Below are positions 14,272 to 24,017 of a DNA stretch of 24,362 nucleotides, piece after piece. The position numbers were made by a program, and so were the translations under genes. Each line of letters starts with the position of its first letter. Within the stretch, counting starts at the first letter, position 1. The notes below the pieces were generated by a model. The model saw nothing but the letters and a program-made list of their open reading frames with translations. It had not been told where the DNA came from and made no database searches. Origin of the DNA: Thermodesulfobacteriota bacterium (lineage in GTDB: Bacteria; Desulfobacterota; Desulfobulbia; Desulfobulbales; SURF-16); NCBI GenBank assembly GCA_039715015.1, contig JBDLIE010000039.1:1-24362 (forward strand). Direction: 5' to 3'.

Positions 14272-15951
14272 TTAGGACTTTACCAGCTTCCCTAAAACCT
14301 TATCCACAGCCAAAGACTGCTTCATGGAGGCATCAAGAAAATCCTGGCTCAGGTATGAACTGCTCGCCTCGATCTGGTCACAGAGGGCGGCGATTTCTTC
14401 TCTTTCCGCCATTTCCATAATTTTTATAACGTTGGCGGCAAAGCTGCGGACGATCTTCCTGCCCTCACCCTTGGTGGACATGATTTCGGCGTAGGTCCGT
14501 GGGTTCTGGTTATGGACGCGGGCCATGGCCAGGATGGAGTAGAGCGAGGTCAAGGTGGCATGGCTGGGGATATCTGTTGTCTGGATATCATTATCAGCCA
14601 AAGCCATGGCCAGGGCCATGGAAATAGTGGTGGGCAGCTTCTGGCCCACACCCATGAGCAGATCATGCTTCTGGGGCGAATCATGGTAGATGGCTGCACC
14701 ATGTTTGTATAAAAAGGCCTCAAACTCAGAGCACAGGGCTCCGGAACGAGGGGTGCGCACCACCGAGGCGTTTTTATCCTTCATGGTGAGAGCAGCCGGC
14801 CCCCACAGGTTATGGACCAGCATGAGTTCCACACCGTCGCTGGTGTGTTCCAGGGCCGTGTTTAAGGTGTCTTCCGCCTCGCCGGCCAGCAGGATCAGGG
14901 CCTGGCCATCCTTGAGATGTTTGCCGTATTCGGCGATGGTTGCCGAAGTAAAGCTGATGGGCACGCAGATCATTACTACATCAACCTGAGGGATCATTTC
15001 TTCCGGGCGCATGCTCGAAGAGCGGCCGGTGAGCATGGTCTCGTATCCCTCGTTTTCCAGTTTTTTGGCAAACCAGGTGGACATATCGCCGGTGCCGATA
15101 AAGCCGAAGGTCTTGATCCGTTTGATCCGCATATCCACCCGGGGGTAGGAGCCAAGGATTTTCAGACAATCGCTTTCCTGGATGACGTCGTTTTCAATAC
15201 TTGTAAGGGCCTCGATAAGAACCGGGTCCTGGTGATGGCCCTCAGCCTCGATAAATATCTGCAGTTCCTGGGTCTTGGCGTCTGATTCAGCCCGCATATC
15301 CAGGATGTTGATGCCGCGCTGGGTAAAGGCGCCCAGGGTGTCAAAGAGCATACCCACCCGGTCTTTCAGCGGTACGGTGAGGATGGAGGTGGCGTCGTAT
15401 CCGGTGATTGTGCTGGAGGTACGGCCAATCACGGCGTAACGGGTCTTGTTATGGGGGGCAATCTCCCGTTCGCGGATGGTAAGGCCCTGCTTTTTTAAAA
15501 GCTCTTCCGCCTCAATGACCCCGCAATCAAGACGCTTATTGTCCTTGATGTCGGCCAGGGATTCTTCGAGATTGGTGACGGTGAGCAGCGAGATATCAGG
15601 GTAGGTGTCGGTGAGGTAATCTTCGCACTGGTGCATGACCTGGCCAGTACCGAGAACGGTTTTTAAGGTGTCGCTGCCCTCCAAGGTGCCCAGGGAGAGA
15701 TGAATAGGTTGGACGATGTTATCGACCCAGTGGCCGTTTTTCATCTTGTCCATGACCTGGAAGGATTTCAGGACCCCGCCCATCCGGGTGTTGTAGATCG
15801 GCAGGATCATCATCTCCACCTGCTCGTCGGCAAAGGCACGGGCCAACGCGGCATGATGGGGGAAGCTGATCAGTTTCGCCCCCGGTCTATAGTTGTTGGC
15901 CGCCTGCCAGGTGTTGGAAGCCTGGGGGCCAATGATACCGATTGTTGTCAT
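14272..15951 (-). CDS. pheA-tyrA: Fused prephenate dehydratase - ACT - prephenate dehydrogenase
   Basis: N-terminal PDT-like region (GPQASNT, LPIYNT, QC, NKTRYAVIG); ACT domain (LKDRVGMLFDTLGAFTQRGINI...FIEAEGH...LKILGSYP); C-terminal TyrA-like region (FGFIGTGDMS, DVVMICVPI, HNLWGP, HDLLMGVGQ). Confidence 0.85.
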   Translation of the reverse strand: MTTIGIIGPQASNTWQAANNYRPGAKLISFPHHAALARAFADEQVEMMILPIYNTRMGGVLKSFQVMDKMKNGHWVDNIVQPIHLSLGTLEGSDTLKTVLGTGQVMHQCEDYLTDTYPDISLLTVTNLEESLADIKDNKRLDCGVIEAEELLKKQGLTIREREIAPHNKTRYAVIGRTSSTITGYDATSILTVPLKDRVGMLFDTLGAFTQRGINILDMRAESDAKTQELQIFIEAEGHHQDPVLIEALTSIENDVIQESDCLKILGSYPRVDMRIKRIKTFGFIGTGDMSTWFAKKLENEGYETMLTGRSSSMRPEEMIPQVDVVMICVPISFTSATIAEYGKHLKDGQALILLAGEAEDTLNTALEHTSDGVELMLVHNLWGPAALTMKDKNASVVRTPRSGALCSEFEAFLYKHGAAIYHDSPQKHDLLMGVGQKLPTTISMALAMALADNDIQTTDIPSHATLTSLYSILAMARVHNQNPRTYAEIMSTKGEGRKIVRSFAANVIKIMEMAEREEIAALCDQIEASSSYLSQDFLDASMKQSLAVDKVLGKLVKS

Positions 15952-16084
15952 GGCTTAGTTTTCTTTACCAATAAATGAAAGGGAGGAACGAACTCACTCC
16001 TATACTCAAAAGATGATGGAGCTTGTTTCTGTCTGATATGTAGTGGTTTCTGGCTCTTAGGTCAAGATAGAAAGGGGTATTACA

Positions 16085-16129
16085 GCCCTCCGACAGGTGC
16101 AGAGATGGTTCCTGAGTCTGGCGAAGGGC
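16085..16129. repeat. Degenerate copy of the CCCTTCGACAAGCTCAGG inverted-repeat element
   Basis: GCCCTCCGACAGGTGCAG...CCTGAGTCTGGCGAAGGGC aligns with the intact copy at 24018-24087. Confidence 0.55.
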
Positions 16130-16185
16130 GCTCAATTCCCTCTGTTCAGACCTTGTTGGGGAAGAAATGTAATGGTTAATGCCCT

Positions 16186-16262
16186 GTAGGAGCCTGCCCC
16201 TGCGGGCGATTAGATTTACCTATGGGAAATAACGCCAATCGCCCGCAGGGGCAGGCTCCTAC
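16186..16262. repeat. GTAG-family REP pair in inverted orientation (REPIN-like)
   Basis: Perfect 26-bp inverted repeat GTAGGAGCCTGCCCCTGCGGGCGATT at 16186-16211 and 16237-16262 with a 25-bp spacer. Each unit is GTAG plus the hairpin GCCTGC-CCCT-GCGGGC. Confidence 0.82.
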
Positions 16263-16292
16263 GAAAAAGGGAGTATCATTTTATGATGTGAA

Positions 16293-17726
16293 TTATTTTA
16301 CCGGCAGATTACGAACCACCAGTAATCTGATTTCGCTCATGTCTTCCATGGCGTAGCGGATTCCTTCGCGGCCTAAACCGGAATCCTTAACGCCGCCGTA
16401 GGGCATCTGGTCCGCCCGCCAGGAAGGAATGTCGCCTATGACCACGCCGCCGACATCGAGGCTGTCCCATGCCAGCTGGGCCTTATAGAGGTCGCGGGTG
16501 AAGATACCGGCCTGAAGGCCAAAGATGCTGTTGTTGATCTCAGCCAGGGCCTCTTTGTAATCGCTAAATGGTGCCAGGACTGCCACGGGACCAAAGGCCT
16601 CAAGGCGGCAGATATTTTCATCCTTTGCCACGTTTTCAAGGAGCGTTGCCTCAAGGAGCGCTCCATCTCGTTTGCCGCCACAAAGCAGGGTGCCGCCCTT
16701 ATCAAGGGCGGAGGTGATCCATTTTTCCAGGCGAATGGCCTCTTTTTCAGAAATCATCGGGCCGATAAAGGTCTTTTCCTCTCTGGGGTCACCCATCTGC
16801 AGCTTTTGGGTGGCGCTGACCAGTTTATCACGAAAGACATCGTAGATTTTTTCGTGGACCAACAGGCGCTGCACGCCGATACAACTCTGGCCCGATTGGT
16901 AGAAAGCCCCAATGATAATGCGTTTAACGGCATCGTCGATGTCAGTATCTTCGTCCACCAGACAGGCGGCATTGCCGCCCAGCTCAAGCACCACCTTTTT
17001 CTTGCCTGCCTTGGCCTTAAGGGCCCAGCCCACCTGGGGCGATCCGGTGAAGGAGAGGAGCTTGAGACGATCATCCTCGGTGAAAAGACGGGCCCCGTCG
17101 CGCCGGCAGGGCAGGATGGAAAAGGCCCCTTCCGGCAGGTCGCATTCGGCCAGGGCCTCGCCGATGATCAAAGCGCCAATGGGGGTAAGGCTGGCTGGTT
17201 TTAAGACAAAGGGGCAGCCGGCAGCAATGGCAGGGGCCACCTTGTGGGCTGCCAGATTGAGGGGGAAGTTGAAGGGCGAGATAAACGAGCAGGCCCCCAC
17301 CGGCACCCGTTTGGTGGTGGACGTATAACCCGTGGTGCGGGGGCTGCGGTCCAAGGGCATATATTCGCCGCCGAATCGGACCGCCTCTTCAGCGGCGATT
17401 TTAAAGGTCTCAATCAGGCGGGTGACCTCGCCACGGCTGTCGTTAATCGGTTTGCCTGCTTCAACGCATAAGGCCTGGGCCAGTTCCTCGGCCCGCTCCT
17501 CAAATCGTTGCACGCAATGGGTCAGGATCTCCTGGCGTCGCCAGGAGGGCATGGCAGCCATGGCCTTCTCCGCCTCCACAGCCTTGGCAATGGCCTGATC
17601 AATGGCATCCTCATCGGCCATGGCCACCTTATAGACCACCTCGCCGCTGAATTTATCGGTAACTTCCAGGTCTTCATTGGCAAAGACCGCCTTGTTTGCC
17701 AGATAATAGGGATAGATTTTCGGCAT
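16293..17726 (-). CDS. NAD(P)-dependent aldehyde dehydrogenase
   Basis: ISPFNFPLNL, KPAS, FTGS, catalytic Glu in LELGGNA, catalytic Cys in GQSCIG, EAFGPV and PYGGVKDSGLGREG. Confidence 0.95.
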   Translation of the reverse strand: MPKIYPYYLANKAVFANEDLEVTDKFSGEVVYKVAMADEDAIDQAIAKAVEAEKAMAAMPSWRRQEILTHCVQRFEERAEELAQALCVEAGKPINDSRGEVTRLIETFKIAAEEAVRFGGEYMPLDRSPRTTGYTSTTKRVPVGACSFISPFNFPLNLAAHKVAPAIAAGCPFVLKPASLTPIGALIIGEALAECDLPEGAFSILPCRRDGARLFTEDDRLKLLSFTGSPQVGWALKAKAGKKKVVLELGGNAACLVDEDTDIDDAVKRIIIGAFYQSGQSCIGVQRLLVHEKIYDVFRDKLVSATQKLQMGDPREEKTFIGPMISEKEAIRLEKWITSALDKGGTLLCGGKRDGALLEATLLENVAKDENICRLEAFGPVAVLAPFSDYKEALAEINNSIFGLQAGIFTRDLYKAQLAWDSLDVGGVVIGDIPSWRADQMPYGGVKDSGLGREGIRYAMEDMSEIRLLVVRNLPVK

Positions 17727-18489
17727 GACAGGTACCTTTAGCTAAGAGTATGGGTTGGTTTACAAAGGCTTTCTGCCGCAGCACTCCTTTGAAAGGAGTT
17801 GGCTGCGAAAAGCAATTGATTGTAAATCTTACCAGCCTTTTAAGGTGATATGCAAACTGGAGATATTATTCCCTGACAAGAGGCGACCGTTTACAGCGGC
17901 CGCCTCTTGTTTGTTATGCGCAGTAAGGGCTGGTTGCTCCAACAAAGATTGTCATTGGTGCACCATCTTGACTGTTGCGCATGGTGTGGCAAAGTAATGT
18001 AATGAGTTGATGTCTCAAAAAAAATCAATTGAACGAAAGGGCAGGGGGTAGCAGTTTCTGGCGGCTTTTCCTAGCCATATAAAGCCGCAATGTGGGAGTG
18101 GTTTTTTTGCCCAATTTGTTCCTTGAATAGCCCCCCTCCTCTGTACTAAGAGCTTTTCTGGCGATTTGTCATTGCCTGACATGGCGCTGGTATATCTATG
18201 GCTATTTTTTAACCTTCTCAGGAAAATATTTCTCCGGGGGGAGATTTAAAACTTTTTATAAAAAACATAATAAATTCGATTAGAAGTAAATTTTTTAGCT
18301 GATCCAGCCCAGTACCCCATTCACCTTGGTGGAACTAATATTTTGACCATTATTGTGGCAAATTATAGGCTTTAAGGTGCGTCTTAAGAAAATAGGATTT
18401 GCCGCAATATCTATGTAAGTTTTTAAACTACTCAGCCACAAGCCCATGATGGTGAAGTGGTCTAAAAAACAAAAGTGTGAGGAGTGGGA

Positions 18490-19371
18490 ATGAAAAAATT
18501 AGGAGCCGTATTACTCGGGTTAATTCTGTTGGTCGTTTTTGCCGGCGCTGCCCAGGCCGAGATCAAGATTGGTGTTCTTGCCAAACGTGGTGCCACAAAG
18601 GCCATGGCTAAATGGAAGGCCACCGGTGATTACTTGAGCGCTGAACTTGGCGAGCCGGTGGTGGTCATTCCTTTGAAATTCACCGCCATTGAACCCATGG
18701 TTAAAAGCGGCAAGTTAGATTTCCTGCTGGCCAACTCCGCTTTTTACGTTGAGATGGAGAAAATGTATGGAGTACAGGCTGTGGCCACCCTGATTAACTC
18801 ACGAGACGGAAAGGCCTTGAAGCAATTCGGCGGTGTGGTCTTGGTCCGTAACGACAGCCCTATCCAGACTCTTGCGGACATTAAGGGTAAGAAGTTTATG
18901 TGCGTTAAGTATTCATCCTTTGGCGGTGCCCAAATGGCCTGGCGTCTCTTCCTTGACAACGGTATTGATCCCAAGAAAGATTTTGCCGCCTTTGCCGAGG
19001 GGAAAAAGCATGACAATGTTGTCCTCGCGGTAAAAAATGGTGTGATGGATGCCGGTACCGTTCGTACCGACACCATGGAGCGTATGGCTGGTGAGGGCAA
19101 AATCAACATGGACGATTTTCGGATTATTAACCCGGTAAAGGATGATTTCCCCTTTGTTCGTTCCACCCGTCTCTATCCGGAATGGCCCATGGCTGCTCTG
19201 AAACATGTTGATTCCGGCAAAGCAAAGAAGGTCGGCGCCGCCCTTCAGGCACTTGCCAGCGGTGACCAGGCTGCCAAAAACGCCAAGATTGTCGGCTGGT
19301 CCCCTGCAGCTGATTATGGTCCAGTGCGTGACTGTCTGAAAGCCATCAGGTATGGAGCTTTTGCCAATTAA
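18490..19371 (+). CDS. Stand-alone periplasmic PhnD/SsuA-fold binding protein resembling the TtrS/ThsS sensor domain
   Basis: Signal peptide ending AQA-E; motifs IGVLAKRG...W, FGGVVLVRNDSPIQTLADIKGK, SSFGG, HDNVVLAVKNGVMDAGTVRTDTMERM and STRLYPEWP. ATG at 18490 after GAGGAG. No ABC permease or ATPase genes are adjacent. Confidence 0.85.
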   Translation: MKKLGAVLLGLILLVVFAGAAQAEIKIGVLAKRGATKAMAKWKATGDYLSAELGEPVVVIPLKFTAIEPMVKSGKLDFLLANSAFYVEMEKMYGVQAVATLINSRDGKALKQFGGVVLVRNDSPIQTLADIKGKKFMCVKYSSFGGAQMAWRLFLDNGIDPKKDFAAFAEGKKHDNVVLAVKNGVMDAGTVRTDTMERMAGEGKINMDDFRIINPVKDDFPFVRSTRLYPEWPMAALKHVDSGKAKKVGAALQALASGDQAAKNAKIVGWSPAADYGPVRDCLKAIRYGAFAN

Positions 19372-19383
19372 AAAGGGGACGTG

Positions 19384-20991
19384 ATGTTTAATACAAAAGG
19401 TATAGCCTTTAAGTTTATTTTGGCTGTGTCAGGGGTGACTCAGGTCCTGCTGATTGTGTTGGCGGTGATAGTAATTTCAAACGCCTATAAGGCCCAGCTC
19501 CAACAATCCGACAGTTTTATTAACACTCTGAAGTCCGAGCAGCAGCAGCAGGAAACCCTGCTGGCCGACAGCTTAACCAGAAAGGGGGAGTCTGTGGCCT
19601 CCCTTTTGTCTCAGACTGGTGCTGCCCTGGTAGTGGGTTATGACTTTGACGGGTTACTGGCCCTTGGCGAGGCAACCCTGCAAGATGCCGATGTCGTCAA
19701 AGTTATATTTGCCGGCATAGACGGCAATATTCTATCCGAGTCAAAAAGCGGTCAGCCGGGAGATAAGAGTATCAAAAAGGATCTTATCAGTGATGATGAG
19801 ATTATCGGTACCGTTGAGGTGAGCCTAAAATTTGATTCAGTAACTACGGCTGTAAACGAGCTTACTGGGCGAATCAATCAGCTGGTGGTGCAGGCCAATG
19901 CCGATTTGAAGGCAGGTGTCTGGCGCCTAGGCTGGATAATTATCGTTGTAATGGGTTTTATTGTTCTGGCCCTGTGCGGCGCTATTTATTCTAGCCTCAA
20001 CCTCTTTGTTATCAAACCAGTGATGAAGGTTGTGGATGGAGTTAGCGATACTGCCGTCCATGTGAAATCCTCTTCCGGGCAATTGGCTGGAGCCAGTCAG
20101 CAGCTGGCGGATGGTTCCTCCCGCGCCGCGGCTTCTCTGGAAGAGACGTCAGCCTCTCTTGAAGAGGTCTCTTCCATGACCAAGCGTAATGCCGATAATG
20201 CCTTTGAATGTAATTCTCTCATGCGTGAAGTTAATAGCGTGGTGGAGAAGTCCAGCAACTCCATGGAGGCCCAGAACCAGGCCATGGAAGAAATCTCCAA
20301 GGCCAGCGAAGAAACCTCTAAGATTGTCAAAACCATTGATGAGATAGCCTTTCAAACAAATCTCCTTGCCTTGAACGCTGCCGTGGAAGCTGCCCGGGCC
20401 GGTGAGGCTGGAGCAGGTTTTGCTGTGGTGGCCGATGAGGTGAGAAATCTTGCCATGCGGGCTGCCGAAGCTGCCAAAGATACGGCTGTCCTCCTTGAGG
20501 GGACAGTGGTCAAGGTCAAGGAGGGCGAGGATCTTGCGCGCCAGACAACCGATAATTTCGCTCAGGTATCTGGGAGAGCAACCCAGGTGAGTACACTGAT
20601 TAACGAGATTGCCGGAGCATCTGACGAACAGAATTCCGGCTTGGCTGAGGTTAATACTTCCATGACGGAAATTGATCAGGTCACCCAGCAAACCGCTGCA
20701 AATTCAGAAGAGGCTGCCAGTGCCTCTGAAGAGCTCAGCGCTCAGGCCGAGTATCTTGAGCAATATATTGATGAGCTTGTTACTCTAATCAAGGGCGGCA
20801 AGAGGGATATTCAGACCAGAACTCATTCAAGGCCGGAGGCTTCTTCCTCGCCTGGCAAAAAGGCAAAGACAGCTGCTCTACCGCCGCCGCCAGCTCAAAG
20901 GCAAATTCCTAAGAGTCACAAGCTGAAACCAAAAGCAAAAACCGCTGAGGAAACAATCCCATTCGACGATGATGACTTTGAAGATTTTTAA
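19384..20991 (+). CDS. Methyl-accepting chemotaxis protein with C-terminal pentapeptide DFEDF
   Basis: Two TM helices around a periplasmic domain of about 150 aa; hairpin tip [40 protein letters not shown]; Pro/Lys-rich tether ending DDDFEDF. Start at 19381 (GTG) or 19384 (ATG). Confidence 0.95.
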   Translation: MFNTKGIAFKFILAVSGVTQVLLIVLAVIVISNAYKAQLQQSDSFINTLKSEQQQQETLLADSLTRKGESVASLLSQTGAALVVGYDFDGLLALGEATLQDADVVKVIFAGIDGNILSESKSGQPGDKSIKKDLISDDEIIGTVEVSLKFDSVTTAVNELTGRINQLVVQANADLKAGVWRLGWIIIVVMGFIVLALCGAIYSSLNLFVIKPVMKVVDGVSDTAVHVKSSSGQLAGASQQLADGSSRAAASLEETSASLEEVSSMTKRNADNAFECNSLMREVNSVVEKSSNSMEAQNQAMEEISKASEETSKIVKTIDEIAFQTNLLALNAAVEAARAGEAGAGFAVVADEVRNLAMRAAEAAKDTAVLLEGTVVKVKEGEDLARQTTDNFAQVSGRATQVSTLINEIAGASDEQNSGLAEVNTSMTEIDQVTQQTAANSEEAASASEELSAQAEYLEQYIDELVTLIKGGKRDIQTRTHSRPEASSSPGKKAKTAALPPPPAQRQIPKSHKLKPKAKTAEETIPFDDDDFEDF

Positions 20992-21013
20992 ATAATTCAA
21001 AGTGATATAAACT

Positions 21014-21054
21014 AAAAAAGAGGTGGCCGCTCACGGCGATCGCCTCTTTTTTTT
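21014..21054 (+). terminator. Rho-independent terminator
   Basis: AAAAAAGAGGTGGCCGC-TCACG-GCGATCGCCTCTTTTTTTT, directly after the MCP stop. Confidence 0.85.
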
Positions 21055-21349
21055 ACTCTCGAACCACAGCCAATCATTGATCACCATCTCCGCGCAGTAC
21101 AAGAAGCGATATGTTTTTGGGGAGATAAAAGTGGACTGCTACTTCTGTTTTTAGGGGCTGCTAGGTGTTAGGAGTACAGATGTGCGTAAAGTTAAAAGGT
21201 TGGCAAAAATATTACCTTGATTTCAGGAAATTTATATAGGTACCATTACTCTATGAAAAGTATAGGGGCAGAAGGTGTATTTTCAGCCATTGCTGACTGG
21301 TAGCGCCGTAATATCAGTCTGGGAAAAAGGGCTACGCAAGGAGTGGGAC

Positions 21350-23200
21350 ATGGACAAGTTTTCAGTGGCATTCAAGTTAATTGTTAGTTTCAGTGTTCTC
21401 GCCGTCTTGGTCGCCGTTGTTGGTCTTATTGGGTACAGGGGATTGGCCGCAACAGGCAAAGCCACTGATTTCATCCTTGATGAAAAGGTGCCCATTGCCG
21501 ATTCTTCCATGGAGGCAATGATTGCCCTTATCGAAGGCCGGGATTTGATGGGAGAGTTTCTTCTCACCCAGGACACTGTCGAACTTGCCAAGATTGAGCA
21601 GGACTTTAACGAATCAATCGCCAGTTATGAAAAACATGCCGATTTTTTGGAAGAAAACGGCGCTGAAGAAGAAAAAATAGTGGTTAAAAAGTCCCGACAA
21701 AGCATGCTCGGTTTTCAAGAAAATGCTCGCAAACTCATGGAGCATCATCGCCTGCTTATAGCTGCTGGCAACGAGGCTGATACCCACATGACCTCCTTTG
21801 ATAGTAAGGCGGATAGCCTGGAACAGCTTCTTGTTGATCATGAGGCGGCCCTTACCCGTACTAAAAAAATTGATGCCAAAGTTGATGCGGCCATGGAAGC
21901 CAAGACCTTGTTGTTTAAACAAAAAGCCATCGCTGAAGAGTATATGGGCATAGATAGCCTGCAAACAGGTAAAGAGCTCAGGGCGTTATTTGTTACCCAC
22001 AAAAAAGAATTTTGTGAAATAGAGCCCCTCTTGCCCGCTAAAACCAAGCGTGACCATGAGAATTTTGCCAATGCCGTCCTTGGTCCGGGGATGATGTTTG
22101 ACCAAAAGGATAAAGCCATGGAAATGAAGGCTGAGTCCTTAGAGCATATGGAGCTGGTGGATACCTTGAGCGAAGAGAGCGATCTCCTTCTTGACGAGGT
22201 GGAGGAGCTTGCAGCAAAGGGCATGAATTCGGCCATGGAAGTTGCTGATAGCACCCAAAGCTCAACAAACTTAATGATAATTCTTGTCACGGTGGTAGGT
22301 ACGGCGCTGGCCTTAGCCTTTGGAGTTGTCTTGAGCCGCCACATTGCCAACCCGCTTAATATGCTTGCCGGTTCACTTCGTGACAGTTCACGCGAGGTAA
22401 CATCAGCCTCTGGTGAATCGGCTGCCACCAGCGAAACATTGGCCGCTGGCGCATCACAACAGGCAGCCGCCCTTGAACAGATTTCAGCCTCCCTTGAAGA
22501 GGTAACGGCAATGTTGCGCCAGGATAACGAACAGGTTAACGAGGCAGACAAGCTGATGCAAGAGACCAATAATGTCATCTCTGTTTCTGAAAGCACAATG
22601 AAAGAGCTGGGTCTTTCCATGGAAAAGATTGCCAAGGCCAGCGCTGAGACCCAACAGATTATAAGGACTATTGACGAGATTGCTTTTCAAACCAACCTTC
22701 TCGCCTTGAATGCTGCTGTAGAAGCGGCCAGGGCCGGAGAGGCTGGAGCCGGTTTTGCCGTGGTTGCCGAAGAGGTGAGAAATCTTGCCATGCGAGCCGA
22801 AGAGGCGGCTAAAAGCACTTCGGTTCTTATTGCCGGTAATGTGAAAGAAATTGATGAGGGTGTCAATCTTGCCAGCGAAACAAGTAAATCTTTTGGAACT
22901 GCGGCTGAATCTTCTATGAAAATTAAAGGGTTAATAGGTGAGCTTGCTGTTTCCAGTAGCGAGCAGGCCACCACTATCGACCAGATTAGACAGGCCGTGG
23001 TTGATGTCGATAGCGTTGTTCAACAAAATGCCGCTGGCTCGGAAGAGGTGGCCTCTTCCTCTGAAGAGTTAAGCGCCCAGGCCGATCAGCTCAATGAGCA
23101 GGCCCTCTCACTGACAGATCTTGTTAATGGTAGCGGAAATGGGAGAGGGAGCAAGGAGGAGAGTCAGCCTATGCTGCCACAACCCGAAAATATGAGATGA
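21350..23200 (+). CDS. Methyl-accepting chemotaxis protein with a large helical periplasmic domain
   Basis: ATG at 21350 after AAGGAG; TM1 [22 protein letters not shown]; helical sensor of roughly 270-280 aa; TM2; conserved [23 protein letters not shown]. Confidence 0.95.
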   Translation: MDKFSVAFKLIVSFSVLAVLVAVVGLIGYRGLAATGKATDFILDEKVPIADSSMEAMIALIEGRDLMGEFLLTQDTVELAKIEQDFNESIASYEKHADFLEENGAEEEKIVVKKSRQSMLGFQENARKLMEHHRLLIAAGNEADTHMTSFDSKADSLEQLLVDHEAALTRTKKIDAKVDAAMEAKTLLFKQKAIAEEYMGIDSLQTGKELRALFVTHKKEFCEIEPLLPAKTKRDHENFANAVLGPGMMFDQKDKAMEMKAESLEHMELVDTLSEESDLLLDEVEELAAKGMNSAMEVADSTQSSTNLMIILVTVVGTALALAFGVVLSRHIANPLNMLAGSLRDSSREVTSASGESAATSETLAAGASQQAAALEQISASLEEVTAMLRQDNEQVNEADKLMQETNNVISVSESTMKELGLSMEKIAKASAETQQIIRTIDEIAFQTNLLALNAAVEAARAGEAGAGFAVVAEEVRNLAMRAEEAAKSTSVLIAGNVKEIDEGVNLASETSKSFGTAAESSMKIKGLIGELAVSSSEQATTIDQIRQAVVDVDSVVQQNAAGSEEVASSSEELSAQADQLNEQALSLTDLVNGSGNGRGSKEESQPMLPQPENMR

Positions 23201-23266
23201 ATTGAAAGACCTGTTTTGAATGCTTCATTTCATTGTGGTCTAATCCGAAAAAACGTGTTTTTTATA

Positions 23267-23302
23267 GCAACAAGGATCGGCCCTCTGGCCGGTCCTTGTT
23301 GC
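23267..23302. terminator. Hairpin terminator between convergent genes
   Basis: GCAACAAGGATCGGCC-CTCT-GGCCGGTCCTTGTTGC between the MCP stop and the YkgJ stop. Confidence 0.72.
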
Positions 23303-23318
23303 GTTTGACTAAAAAAAA

Positions 23319-23957
23319 TTACAGGAGATGGAGCCTGGGCATGCCCTTTTCAAAGGTGAGCTGCACACCTGGATGACTGAAGGCTTGAAACATAGGCCGG
23401 CCAAAATAGAAGAGTTCCTGGGCCAGGGTGATCTGCAGCCGGTCAACAGCCTGTTGGCGCAAAAGAAGGTCTGTGCAGAGAATTTTTTCCGTTTCCTGAA
23501 TTGATTGTGTGTTCAGGGTAGCCAGCAGGAGGTGAACCTTCTCCCACGAACATTGCTCAAATGCCTGTAAATAGGCAAGGGCCGGGTCGTCAGGGGGGAT
23601 GATATCCTGGCGGCTCAAACAATCCTTACCTGTCACGGCCAGGATGGCTGAGGTGTCCCTGCATTGCAGGAGTTGGCATTCCAGGGGGCGATTATCATGG
23701 ATGGTGCAGCTTTTCTGGGAGGCGTCATAAAAGAGGCATTCCCAACTGCCGGACTTGCCTTGTAATTTCAACATCTCACAAGAGGCAGGTTCCACCGCAT
23801 CCGTTGCCGGGTTGTAGGCAGGCTCTCCCTTTCGTATCACCACCAGCTGATCTAGTCTGATGGTTTTATTTCTAATGAGAGGCAGGTCATCACTATGTAA
23901 AACCGGGCCACCCTTGACGCAGCATGTCCCGCACCGCCTACATTCAATTTTTTTCAT
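23319..23957 (-). CDS. YkgJ-family (CxxCxxCC) zinc/Fe-S cluster protein
   Basis: CRRCGTCC at the N-terminus, then CLFYD...CTIHDNRPLEC; RBS GAGG. Confidence 0.88.
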   Translation of the reverse strand: MKKIECRRCGTCCVKGGPVLHSDDLPLIRNKTIRLDQLVVIRKGEPAYNPATDAVEPASCEMLKLQGKSGSWECLFYDASQKSCTIHDNRPLECQLLQCRDTSAILAVTGKDCLSRQDIIPPDDPALAYLQAFEQCSWEKVHLLLATLNTQSIQETEKILCTDLLLRQQAVDRLQITLAQELFYFGRPMFQAFSHPGVQLTFEKGMPRLHLL

Positions 23958-24017
23958 ACAACCTCAAGCAAATTAGGTTTTCATTGCAAACTTGAAAATG
24001 TTCTTTACCAGAGCAGG

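Noticed and set aside
18490..19371. Phosphonate ABC transporter (phnD) call
   Set aside because: No phnC or phnE is adjacent, and the motifs and context fit a sensory role better.
21201..21216. Possible sigma-54 promoter TGGCAAAAATATTACC before MCP2
   Set aside because: The essential -12 GC is AC.
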